Source: Candidatus Cloacimonadota bacterium
GTDB taxonomy: Bacteria > Cloacimonadota > Cloacimonadia > G963667145
Direction of reading: 5' to 3'
DNA length: 64,000 bases
Assembly: GCA_963667255.1 (NCBI GenBank)
Contig: OY762940.1
Coordinates: 1,504,001 to 1,568,000, forward strand
A model generated the notes under the pieces. That model saw only the letters and a list, made by a program, of their open reading frames with translations, did no database searches and was not told the DNA's origin. Positions 31,517 to 40,648 of the stretch are shown here, one piece after another. The number at the start of each line of letters is the position of its first letter. Position 1 is the stretch's first letter. The position numbers and the translations under genes are program-made.

Positions 31517-32050
31517 ATGAAAAATCCCCAAACCTACATTCTCACCGGAAATTTCAACTCTGGCAAAACGAGTTTCCTAATAAAATTAATCGAAGTTTTA
31601 AAAGAGAAGAAAATAAAAATCAATGGAATTTATTGCCCAAAAGTTTTTGAGAACAAAAATTTTCTCGGCTTTGATGTTGTTGATATTCAGACAAATAAGA
31701 GCGAGCCCTTCCTCCGCACTTACACCAACGGAACAACAGACAAAATCGGAAATTTCTATATTTACCAGCAAGGACTAAAATTTGGACTTGAATGCCTAAA
31801 GATTGCCAACGAAACAAAAAATCAAATTGTCGTTATCGATGAAATCGGCAGACTTGAGAATTGGGGAAAAGGCTGGGCAAGTGAATTGCAAAATATGCTA
31901 AACCCCCAAAACAAACATCTTATTTTGGTAATCAACGAAGAGTATCTTGAAGAAGTAATTGACAAATGGAAATTTAAAAATACAAAAATTATCAAAATTT
32001 CAAAAGAAGATTTTGTGGCAACAGCGAATCGAATAATTAGGGAGATTTAA
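31517..32050 (+). CDS. NTPase (THEP1/DUF2478-like P-loop)
   Basis: TGNFNSGKTS Walker A, GFDVVDI, VVIDEIGRLE..GKGW. Confidence 0.85.
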   Translation: MKNPQTYILTGNFNSGKTSFLIKLIEVLKEKKIKINGIYCPKVFENKNFLGFDVVDIQTNKSEPFLRTYTNGTTDKIGNFYIYQQGLKFGLECLKIANETKNQIVVIDEIGRLENWGKGWASELQNMLNPQNKHLILVINEEYLEEVIDKWKFKNTKIIKISKEDFVATANRIIREI

Positions 32051-32065
32051 AAAAGGGAGATTCAC

Positions 32066-33172
32066 ATGCAAGAACAATTTTATATGCCGGTAAAAACAAT
32101 CATCGGTAGAGACTGCCTAAAAAATAGCAGTGAATTTTTGCAAAAATACGGCAAAAAAGTGCTCATCATTTGCGGTTATAAATCCGCTGATGAAAACGGT
32201 GCCATCAACGATGCCACTCATGCTCTAGGAAGTGCCAATATCGCTTACGAAATATTTCGCGGAATAGACCCAAACCCAAGCATTGAGCAAGTCCACCAAG
32301 TCTCAGAAATTGCCATCAAAGGTAATTGCGATTTTATCTTGGCGATTGGCGGTGGCTCTGTAATCGATGCCGCTAAAGCAGTGGCAATCCTCAGCAAAAA
32401 CAAGCTGATAGACGACGAACTTTTCACTACAAAAAAATTCACCTCCGTGCTCCCCCTCATAGCTGTGCCTACCACTGCCGGAACAGGTAGCGAAGTTACT
32501 CAGTATTCCATCATCACCAACGATAAAAAGAAAACAAAAACCTCTATCGCTTGTGAACAAATTTTCCCCGAAATAGCTTTTTTGGACGGGAAATACATGA
32601 AAAATCTACCTTTTGAGACTACCGTCAACACAACTATCGATGCTCTGAGTCATGCTGTAGAAGGATACTTAGCTGTTAGATCTACGGCTTTGGGCAGAAC
32701 CCTCGCTATAGAGAGCATTAAATTAATTGCACCCATCATCGTAAAAATGAAAGACAATTTACCTCTGACATTGAAAGACAGAGATACACTCCTCTACGCT
32801 TCCATGTTGGCAGGTATCGTTATTTCTCAAAGTGGCACCACAGCAGTTCATGCCGTCGGCTACTCTCTGACCTACTTCAAACATGTTGACCACGGCAGAG
32901 CGAACGGACTTCTGATGCCCTACTATATGGAATTTTTGCACAAAGAAAGAAAAAACGATATTTCCAATATTCTATCAGCCTTAAATTTGCCCTCGTTAAA
33001 CGAATTTAGAAATCTGTGTTTTTCATTGCTCACCCCCGAACCGCTAACAACAGAGGAAATAGACAAATTTTCTGAGATTGTCATCCAAGCGGGCAACATC
33101 CAAAACACATCACCACAACCGACAATAAAAATCATAAAAGAAATGTTGATAGACGCCTCAAAAAAGGAGTAA
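32066..33172 (+). CDS. Iron-containing alcohol dehydrogenase
   Basis: GGGSVIDAAK, PTTAGTGSEVT, DALSHAVEG, H..GY, HGRAN. Confidence 0.93.
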   Translation: MQEQFYMPVKTIIGRDCLKNSSEFLQKYGKKVLIICGYKSADENGAINDATHALGSANIAYEIFRGIDPNPSIEQVHQVSEIAIKGNCDFILAIGGGSVIDAAKAVAILSKNKLIDDELFTTKKFTSVLPLIAVPTTAGTGSEVTQYSIITNDKKKTKTSIACEQIFPEIAFLDGKYMKNLPFETTVNTTIDALSHAVEGYLAVRSTALGRTLAIESIKLIAPIIVKMKDNLPLTLKDRDTLLYASMLAGIVISQSGTTAVHAVGYSLTYFKHVDHGRANGLLMPYYMEFLHKERKNDISNILSALNLPSLNEFRNLCFSLLTPEPLTTEEIDKFSEIVIQAGNIQNTSPQPTIKIIKEMLIDASKKE

Positions 33173-33175
33173 ATT

Positions 33176-34330
33176 ATGAAAAAAATATCTGTCTTCCTAA
33201 AAGGAATAATTTTAATTGCATTTGTAATAATCGCTTCATTTTTTTCTGTAAAAATTTGGAATGATAAACCTGAATCCATTGAATACTCTCATGAGATTTA
33301 TTTCGAAAATGAGATGACAGTTTCAGAATTTGGGGAGAAAAATAACCTCGATAGACCTCTGCTAAAAAAACTTTTTGAGCTAAATACAGAAAGCGACTTG
33401 CAAAGGAGACTTGGCGACTTCAATTATTCTAAGGAAGCTGTTTCCGAAATAATAAAAAAAGCGACCGTTCTCCAATCTGAAGAAGAATCAAAGAACTGGA
33501 AGAAAATCTTTTCCAAATTTCTGCTCTGGGTAATTTTCCTTTTTGTAATGTTCCTTTTCATTAAAAAAAAGAGATTAAATAATAGCCTAAGAATAGTTTT
33601 TTACGGTTTCGCTGTCCTACTTTTTGGAATAATCCTCGGTTCTGACCCAGGTCCTATGGGCACCATAAAAGATGCCATTATACTCTTTGGAACTCATAAA
33701 GTAATTTTCCCCCCACGAATGATTGCCTTAGCATTTTTTCTGATTTTGGTATTTGTCGCTAACAAATTCATCTGCTCTTGGGGTTGCCAAGCAGGTACAT
33801 TACAAGATATTTTGTTCAGAATAAATCGAGACAAAGAAGACAAACCAATCATAAAACAATATAAAATCCCCTTTTTCGTTAGTAATTTAATTCGTGCTGC
33901 CTTTTTCTTAATTTTGACTGCTGTGGCACTTATCTGGGCATTCGACATTGTGGAGTTTATCGACCCGCTCAAACTTTTTAAACCGGAAAAATTAGGTGCT
34001 ATCGGATGGATATTTCTTGGTGCTATGCTCTTTTGCAGCCTCTTTGTTTGCCGACCATGGTGTCATTTATTCTGCCCTTTCGGACTAATCGGGTGGTTAG
34101 TAGAAAAAATTTCAATCTTCAAAATCGTTGTCGATTACGATAAATGTATAGGATGTGGGGAATGTGCAACTGCTTGCCCCTCAACAGCCATGAGTTCAAT
34201 TCTCAAAAGAGACAAAGTAATAGCTGATTGTTTCTCATGTGGTTCTTGCATAGAGGCATGCCCTGTAAATGCCATCGAATTTAAAAGAGGCAAACAACTT
34301 AAACCGCCTAAAGACAAATTTAAAAAATAG
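33176..34330 (+). CDS. Membrane 4Fe-4S binding protein (NapH/YccM-like)
   Basis: CSWGCQAG, RPWCHLFCPFG, CIGCGECATAC P and CFSCGSCIEACP; several TMs. Confidence 0.88.
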   Translation: MKKISVFLKGIILIAFVIIASFFSVKIWNDKPESIEYSHEIYFENEMTVSEFGEKNNLDRPLLKKLFELNTESDLQRRLGDFNYSKEAVSEIIKKATVLQSEEESKNWKKIFSKFLLWVIFLFVMFLFIKKKRLNNSLRIVFYGFAVLLFGIILGSDPGPMGTIKDAIILFGTHKVIFPPRMIALAFFLILVFVANKFICSWGCQAGTLQDILFRINRDKEDKPIIKQYKIPFFVSNLIRAAFFLILTAVALIWAFDIVEFIDPLKLFKPEKLGAIGWIFLGAMLFCSLFVCRPWCHLFCPFGLIGWLVEKISIFKIVVDYDKCIGCGECATACPSTAMSSILKRDKVIADCFSCGSCIEACPVNAIEFKRGKQLKPPKDKFKK

Positions 34331-34402
34331 GAAAGCTTTCATTTTTTGAGAAGAAAATTTTGGATTGACAAAAATTGAAAGAAAATTCAAGAAACCTAGA
34401 GC

Positions 34403-35533
34403 ATGCAGGTAGACAAAAGTATTGATTTACTCTTGGTTCTATATCATTCTCAAGGTGGAAATCTAATGTATATTCAAACTACACATATTTGGTCTAGGCT
34501 TTTTAGCCCTATTTTTTTTATTTTTTATTTTTTCATATGGATAGGGACATTTCTTATTTTATTGCCTATATTCCCCAATAATTTTTTGATAATTTTTGCA
34601 TTTATTGGTTCTTTTGGTTTTTCATTTATCGTATTATATTTTATTGGTGGTTTTTTCCATTATCTACAAACCTTTCTATATGTTAACATCAACCTTGGGA
34701 CAAAGATTACATTTAAAGAAGCTAAAAGTTTAACATTTCTTTTTCTACCTAATGATGAAGGAACTTGGTACCCAATGAAGGGAATTAAAGAATTACCAAA
34801 AGAATATAGGAGAAAAGTTTTATTCGAAAGTACAAAAAGAATTTGTGATGAAATGAATTATATTTTTGATTTGGAAGAATATTTCTCAACTATTGAAGAA
34901 AAAGAAGATTATTTTCCCATATTACCAGGACTTACTAATTTGATCTCTATGTTTAGTAAAATTGCTAAAAGTGATGGTATTATTACCAAAGAAGAAATAG
35001 AAGTAATAAACAATTTTTTAACAAATACTTTAAAACTGAATAATTATGACAAAAAAATTGTTGTGGAAATTTTTAACAAATCTAAAAATAGTGATATCCC
35101 TTTTGAATTCCATGCAAGAAAATTTATGGAATTTCATAATTCTGAACCTATTTTATTAAAAAATGTTATTCAACTACTAATTGATATTGGGTATAGCGAT
35201 GGTATATTAAGCTCTGAGGAAAAAATTCTTTTGAAGGAAGCTTTATTAATTTTTAAACTGAAAGAAAGTGATTTTTTCTTTAAAGAGAACTCTTCTAATT
35301 TTAATAACACAACTAATTTAAAAAAAGACTATTTATATTATGCAAAAATTTTAGGTATTACTAATGAAATTACTAAATCAAATGTAAAAACTGCTTATAG
35401 AAAATTAGTTTTAAAATATCATCCTGATAAAGTATCACATCTAGGCTTAGAAGCCATAAAAATTGCTGAATGTGAAATGAAAAAAATTAATGAAGCCTAT
35501 GAATTTTTAAAAAAATATTTTACTGATTTATGA
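34403..35533 (+). CDS. AT-rich TerB + J-domain (DjlA-like) protein with an extra N-terminal membrane region (alternative start 34466)
   Basis: KIAKSDGIITKEE and YSDGILSSEE TerB motifs; KTAYRKLVLKYHPDK...INEAY J domain. Confidence 0.85.
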   Translation: MQVDKSIDLLLVLYHSQGGNLMYIQTTHIWSRLFSPIFFIFYFFIWIGTFLILLPIFPNNFLIIFAFIGSFGFSFIVLYFIGGFFHYLQTFLYVNINLGTKITFKEAKSLTFLFLPNDEGTWYPMKGIKELPKEYRRKVLFESTKRICDEMNYIFDLEEYFSTIEEKEDYFPILPGLTNLISMFSKIAKSDGIITKEEIEVINNFLTNTLKLNNYDKKIVVEIFNKSKNSDIPFEFHARKFMEFHNSEPILLKNVIQLLIDIGYSDGILSSEEKILLKEALLIFKLKESDFFFKENSSNFNNTTNLKKDYLYYAKILGITNEITKSNVKTAYRKLVLKYHPDKVSHLGLEAIKIAECEMKKINEAYEFLKKYFTDL

Positions 35534-35542
35534 TACTCTCCT

Positions 35543-35647
35543 CACTCCACATCTTTATCATTAGCGAATAAACCATAGACAAAAAGTTTCATTGAAATTA
35601 GTTGGTAGTTTGTGTAAGGAGTTTTAAGAAAATGCAAAAAGATATTC
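35543..35647 (+). repeat. Copy 1 of a ~105-bp direct repeat (duplicate of the rpmE promoter, 5'UTR and first 5 codons)
   Basis: Matches 36379-36484 with about 9 differences; the last 43 nt are identical. Confidence 0.95.
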
Positions 35648-36060
35648 GTTGGCAACAAAGATTTATAAATTTTAAAAAAGCTTTCAAACAATTATCCAAA
35701 TTTATTGAGCATAAAGAACTGAATGAAATGGAGAAACAAGGATTAATAAAAGCTTTTGAATACACCTACGAATTAAGTTGGAAAACTCTTCAAGATTTGT
35801 TGAGAGAAAAAGGCTATAATCAAATTGCAGGACCAAAACCTGTAATAGAGCAAAGTTTTCAAGATGGCTATATCTCAAATGGTAAAGGCTGGATGAGAAT
35901 GCACCAAAGAAGGAATTTGACAAGCCATGTTTATGATGAAGAGATCGCTAGCGAAATAATCGAGGGTATAAGAAACGAGTCCTTTTTTCTTTTACAGGAT
36001 TTGGTAAAGAGATTAGAAAAAGAAGAATCCACCTATCAAAAGTCTTTGTTTGATGAATAA
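35632..36060 (+). CDS. HEPN-domain protein (HI0074-like), putative RNase toxin
   Basis: DIRWQQRF, GLIKAFEYTYELSWK, and RNLTSHVY matching RX4HXY. Confidence 0.92.
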   Translation: MQKDIRWQQRFINFKKAFKQLSKFIEHKELNEMEKQGLIKAFEYTYELSWKTLQDLLREKGYNQIAGPKPVIEQSFQDGYISNGKGWMRMHQRRNLTSHVYDEEIASEIIEGIRNESFFLLQDLVKRLEKEESTYQKSLFDE

Positions 36061-36358
36061 AAATGTAAATAGCGGTTTGAGTTGTGAAGACATAGAGAAC
36101 ATTGTTAAAATTATAAAACATTGTTCTAAAGTAAGCGAAATAATTCTCTTTGGCTCAAGAGCAAAAGGCAATTTCACTAATGGCTCTGACATTGATATCG
36201 CCCTAAAAGGTAACAATATTTTGCTCGATGATGTTCTTGATATCTCTATTGAGTTAGAAGAATTAAATCTACCCTATCGTTTTGATTTAGTTATTTTTAA
36301 CCGCATAAAAGAAAAAGCCTTAATTGAACATATTTCAAGAGTGGGGATTATTTTATAA
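36053..36358 (+). CDS. Minimal nucleotidyltransferase (MNT), putative antitoxin
   Basis: LFGSRAKGNFTNGSDID matches GSX10DXD; LPYRFD; overlaps the HEPN stop. Confidence 0.92.
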   Translation: MNKNVNSGLSCEDIENIVKIIKHCSKVSEIILFGSRAKGNFTNGSDIDIALKGNNILLDDVLDISIELEELNLPYRFDLVIFNRIKEKALIEHISRVGIIL

Positions 36359-36378
36359 AAAACAAACTCATTCCAACC

Positions 36379-36484
36379 CACTTCACATCTTTATCATTGA
36401 CAAATAAACCATAAACCAAAGAGTTGCATTGAAATTAGTTAGTAGTTTGTGTAAGGAGTTTTAAGAAAATGCAAAAAGATATTC
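36379..36484 (+). repeat. Copy 2 of the direct repeat: native rpmE promoter (TTGACA 36397-402), RBS and start
   Basis: See copy 1. Confidence 0.95.
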
Positions 36485-36678
36485 ATCCAAAATACGAAGA
36501 AGTCGAAGTTAAGTGTGCATGTGGCAACAGCTTCAAGACTAAAAGTTGTAAATGCGAAGACAGTGTGTTGCATACTGAGATTTGCTCGAATTGTCATCCA
36601 TTCTACACTGGCAAACAAAAGATTGTTGACTCTGCCGGTAGAGTGGAAAGATTTAAGCAAAGATACAACAAAAAATAA
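36469..36678 (+). CDS. rpmE: 50S ribosomal protein L31 (zinc-binding type)
   Basis: [30 protein letters not shown]. Confidence 0.98.
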   Translation: MQKDIHPKYEEVEVKCACGNSFKTKSCKCEDSVLHTEICSNCHPFYTGKQKIVDSAGRVERFKQRYNKK

Positions 36679-36726
36679 TTATTATTTATTTTTACAAGAC
36701 CTTAGGATAATAAGGTCTATTTTTTT

Positions 36727-37671
36727 ATGAAACAAAAATTGGACAAAGCCGGTGGACAAGCGGTAATCAAGGGTGTGATGATGAAGTCAGGTAACAAAAT
36801 CGCCACGGCAACTATCCGTCTTGACAAGACCATTGAGCTCCACCAAAGAGCTTTCAAAAGTCTGCAGAAAAAGTTCAAAGTGTTCGGCTTGCCTGTCATC
36901 AGAGGCTTTGTAAATCTGCTCCAAATGATGACGATAGGCTATTCCACTTTGCAATATTCAGCCGACCGTGCTATGCTGGACGAAGGCACTGCGATTAACA
37001 AATCCAAACTTAGAGAAAAAATCGAATCGGGCTTAACTTTCCTGATTTCGATACTTATCGGCTTGGGACTGTTTGTGGCTCTCCCCTATTTTGTTTCCGA
37101 ACAACTACCAAATAGTGAAAACAATTTTTCTTTCAACATCATCGCTGGAATTATCCGCGTAATCCTTTTCCTTGTTTACTTGATAGCGATAAGTTGGCTG
37201 AAAGATATCAAAGAGATTTTCCAGTTTCACGGAGCGGAACACAAGACGATTAACTCCTATGAAAAAACCTCGGAACTAAATCCCGAAGACATTAGCAAAG
37301 AGACAAGAATCAATCCCCGTTGCGGGACAAGTTTCATCTTTTTGGTGCTAATAATCTCCATATTTTTGTTTTCCATTCTGGATAGTTTGGTCAGTCTGAA
37401 ATTCGGCAGACCTCTTTTGCCAATCAGAATTGCTTATCACATTCTCTGCATTCCCATCGTTGCCGGAATTTCGTATGAAGTATTGAAGTTTAGCGATAAA
37501 CATATCGAGAATAAACTTGTTGCTTTTTTGATTAGCCCAGGGCTTTTGTTGCAACGGATTACCACCAAAGAGCCAACAATTGAACAAATCGAAGTGGCTG
37601 TTGTCGCACTGAAAGCAGCGTTGGATTTGCCAATAGATGCCACAATAAAACGAGTAGAAACAGATGTTTAG
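36727..37671 (+). CDS. DUF1385 (YqhQ-like) membrane protein
   Basis: GGQAVI.GVMM, FHGAEHK.I, RCGTSF, QRITTKEP; rpmE-DUF1385-prfA synteny. Confidence 0.92.
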   Translation: MKQKLDKAGGQAVIKGVMMKSGNKIATATIRLDKTIELHQRAFKSLQKKFKVFGLPVIRGFVNLLQMMTIGYSTLQYSADRAMLDEGTAINKSKLREKIESGLTFLISILIGLGLFVALPYFVSEQLPNSENNFSFNIIAGIIRVILFLVYLIAISWLKDIKEIFQFHGAEHKTINSYEKTSELNPEDISKETRINPRCGTSFIFLVLIISIFLFSILDSLVSLKFGRPLLPIRIAYHILCIPIVAGISYEVLKFSDKHIENKLVAFLISPGLLLQRITTKEPTIEQIEVAVVALKAALDLPIDATIKRVETDV

Positions 37672-38728
37672 CAAAAAATTAGACAAATTAAAAACGGAAC
37701 ACGACGAATTAGCAAACAAGGTTTTAGACCGTAAACTTATGAGCAATCAACGAGAATACGGCAAAATCAGTTCCCGCTTCAACGAACTGGAAGAAATCCT
37801 TGCTTGTGCAAATTCCGTGCAAAATTTGAACGAAGAGATTAAAGAAGCCAAAAAGATGTTGGATGCCGAGTCCGACAAAGAGATGATAGAGCTTGCCAGA
37901 GAAGAAATTGAGACCTTGGAAGAGCAATTAGAAACGAAAAACGAAGAATTGAAAAAGTTGCTTGTTCCCAAAGACCCCAACGACAAAAGGGACTGTATCG
38001 TAGAAATCCGTGCAGGAACTGGTGGAGACGAATCTGGTCTTTTCGTGGGAGACTTATACAGAATGTACTCTTATTTCGCTGAGCAAAACAAATGGAAAAA
38101 ACAGGTCATCAGCTCCAGCCCCAGTGGCAAAGGCGGTTACAAGGAGATAATTTTTTCTTTGAGCGGAAAAGATGTTTACGGCACTATGAGATTTGAGAGT
38201 GGAGTTCATCGCGTGCAAAGAGTGCCGGCTACAGAAGCCAGCGGTCGCATTCACACCTCCGCCGTTACAGTGGCTGTCTTGCCGGAAGCGGACGAAGTCG
38301 ATATCCAAATTGACCCAAAGGATTTGAAAATCGATGTGTATCGCTCCAGTGGCAATGGCGGGCAATCTGTCAACACCACAGATTCCGCCGTGCGAATTAC
38401 TCACTTGCCGACCGACACAGTCGTAACTTGCCAAGACGAAAAATCACAATTAAAAAACAAAAATAAAGCGATGAAAGTCCTTTTGTCGCGACTTTTGGAT
38501 GCCGAAGTAGCTGCTCAAGAAGCTGAAATTGCCAAAAACAGAAAAACACAAGTCGGCACCGGCGACAGAAGCGGGAAAATAAGAACCTACAATTTCCCGC
38601 AAGGCAGAGTAACAGACCATAGAATCAACCTGACACTATACAGACTGGAAGGCATCATGGGCGGAGATTTGGACGAAATTACCAATTCTTTACAAGTCGC
38701 CTATTACGAAGAGCAAGGCAAGGAGTAA
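37664..38728 (+). CDS. prfA: Peptide chain release factor 1
   Basis: EIRAGTGGDE, VQRVPATE (PxT), GGQSVN, RTYNFPQ. Confidence 0.98.
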   Translation: MFSKKLDKLKTEHDELANKVLDRKLMSNQREYGKISSRFNELEEILACANSVQNLNEEIKEAKKMLDAESDKEMIELAREEIETLEEQLETKNEELKKLLVPKDPNDKRDCIVEIRAGTGGDESGLFVGDLYRMYSYFAEQNKWKKQVISSSPSGKGGYKEIIFSLSGKDVYGTMRFESGVHRVQRVPATEASGRIHTSAVTVAVLPEADEVDIQIDPKDLKIDVYRSSGNGGQSVNTTDSAVRITHLPTDTVVTCQDEKSQLKNKNKAMKVLLSRLLDAEVAAQEAEIAKNRKTQVGTGDRSGKIRTYNFPQGRVTDHRINLTLYRLEGIMGGDLDEITNSLQVAYYEEQGKE

Positions 38729-38734
38729 TTTCCC

Positions 38735-39196
38735 GTGGCAAAATACACTAAATTAGAAGAAAAAATCTCCGCAATGGAGAATAGAACTAATTTGGTTGAA
38801 ATTTTACAATTTGCTCAAAAGGAGTTTTCCTACCTTTCATCAGAAACTCTGCAAAAAATCTCCGAGCTTACCAACATACCACTTACTCAAATATTCAGCG
38901 TTGCGTCTTACTACAGAAAGTTCAGACTCAATCCTGTGGGGAAGCACATTATCAAAATTTGCGAAGGGATGTCTTGCTATGTGAATGGTGCTGCCAAAAT
39001 TAAACAAGCCGTGCTTTCCCATCTAAAAATAAAAGAAAACGAAATGAGCAAAGATAAATACTATTCCGTGGAGAAAAGTTTTTGTCTCGGATGTTGCACG
39101 CAATCGCCGATTATGATGATTAACGATAAGATTTACAGCAAACTTACTCCCGATGCAGTCGGCGAGATTTTGGATAAATTCAGAGCAAACCACTAA
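38735..39196 (+). CDS. NuoE/HndA-like thioredoxin-fold [2Fe-2S] protein
   Basis: VASYY, CEGMSCYVNG, CLGCC..SP.MMIN. Confidence 0.9.
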   Translation: MAKYTKLEEKISAMENRTNLVEILQFAQKEFSYLSSETLQKISELTNIPLTQIFSVASYYRKFRLNPVGKHIIKICEGMSCYVNGAAKIKQAVLSHLKIKENEMSKDKYYSVEKSFCLGCCTQSPIMMINDKIYSKLTPDAVGEILDKFRANH

Positions 39197-40020
39197 TGCT
39201 AATAGATAATTGCGGACGCGAAATCAACTATATCAGATTATCGCTGACGGACAAATGTAATTTTTGTTGTCGATATTGCCGTGAAGAAAACGGCGTTCCC
39301 GACATTCCTCATCAAAATGTTCTCAGCTTAGAAGAGATGTTCCAAATAGTCAAAGAGTTTGTCAGCCTTGGAGTAACTAAGGTCAGACTGACAGGCGGTG
39401 AACCTTTGGTAAAGAAAAATTTTCTCTGGTTGGTAAAAAAACTAGGGAAACTGGAAAATTTAAAAGATTTGTGCATCACCACCAATGGCTCTCTTTTCCC
39501 CAAATATGCACAAGAACTAAAAGATGCAGGAGTGAACAGGGTAAACTTCTCCCTCGACACATTAGACCCTGACAAATTCAGATATATTACCAGAAACGGA
39601 AATTTAGAAGATGTCTTAGCCGGAATCAAAACCGCTCAAAAGCTCGGATTTTCACCCATCAAGATTAACACTGTTCTAATAAAAGGGTTTAACGATTCGC
39701 CTGAAGACCAAGCCAAGATGAAAAAATTTTGTGAAGACCAAAACATAATCGGCAGAACTATCAAAGAGATGTGTCTGGAAAACGGCTCTTTTGAAGCGTT
39801 AATCACAAACGAAAAAGACACAACCGCAGGGGTTTGTCATAAATGCAACAAGCTCAGAATTACTTGCGACGGGAAAATTCTCCCCTGCCTTTTTTCTGAC
39901 ATCTCCATAGATATTCGCCAAAAAAAATCGATAAAAACAGCCATTTATAAAGCGTTAAAGCTCAAGCCAAAATCCGGCGAAAGCAATTCAAATTACAAAA
40001 TAAATCAAATCGGAGGATAA
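39196..40020 (+). CDS. moaA: GTP 3',8-cyclase (short form)
   Basis: YIRLSLTDKCNFCCRYC, RLTGGEP, CHKCNKLR...PC, C-terminal IGG. Confidence 0.9.
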   Translation: MLIDNCGREINYIRLSLTDKCNFCCRYCREENGVPDIPHQNVLSLEEMFQIVKEFVSLGVTKVRLTGGEPLVKKNFLWLVKKLGKLENLKDLCITTNGSLFPKYAQELKDAGVNRVNFSLDTLDPDKFRYITRNGNLEDVLAGIKTAQKLGFSPIKINTVLIKGFNDSPEDQAKMKKFCEDQNIIGRTIKEMCLENGSFEALITNEKDTTAGVCHKCNKLRITCDGKILPCLFSDISIDIRQKKSIKTAIYKALKLKPKSGESNSNYKINQIGG

Positions 40021-40021
40021 A

Positions 40022-40645
40022 TTGTCCAAAAAACTAACTTTACTCTTTGCCGTATTTATTTCCCTATACACCGCTTCCAACCTATTGGGAATCAAAATCA
40101 TCACATTTATGGGTGTAAATGCGTCCGTAAATATTTTTATTGCTCCTCTTCTTTTCCTCATAACAGACGCTATTGAAGAGGTTTACGGGAAAAATGTTGT
40201 TTTCAATTTGATAATTTCCGCACTCATCAGCTTAGTTCTAATTTTTTGCTTTTTACTTCTGGCGATTTGGATGAAACCGGCAACAAGATTTGAATTCAAC
40301 ACAGAATACATCACAATTTTCCATTTCTCACTAAGAATGATTTTCGCCAGTATTGCAGCATTTTTCATCTCACAATTCAACGATATGCTGGTTTTTGCGT
40401 ATCTGAAAAAGAGAACAAATGGAAAATTTTTGTGGCTTCGCAACAATGTTTCCACAATTATCTCTCAAACTTTGGACACCTTCATTTTTATGTATCTCTT
40501 TATGTATAAAATGACACCAAAATTTGACGCCTTTTTTGTATTCCAATTAGCTTTACCCTACTTAGCTTTAAAAATATTTTTTGCCCTTTGCGACACACCT
40601 TTTGTTTATCTTTTGGTAAAATGGCTTAAAAAAACGGAGAAATAA
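40022..40645 (+). CDS. Queuosine precursor transporter (YhhQ/VUT family)
   Basis: TDAIEEVYG, R...ASI.AF.ISQ..D, LWLRNNVSTIISQ..DT, DTPF. Confidence 0.92.
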   Translation: MSKKLTLLFAVFISLYTASNLLGIKIITFMGVNASVNIFIAPLLFLITDAIEEVYGKNVVFNLIISALISLVLIFCFLLLAIWMKPATRFEFNTEYITIFHFSLRMIFASIAAFFISQFNDMLVFAYLKKRTNGKFLWLRNNVSTIISQTLDTFIFMYLFMYKMTPKFDAFFVFQLALPYLALKIFFALCDTPFVYLLVKWLKKTEK

Positions 40646-40648
40646 GAG

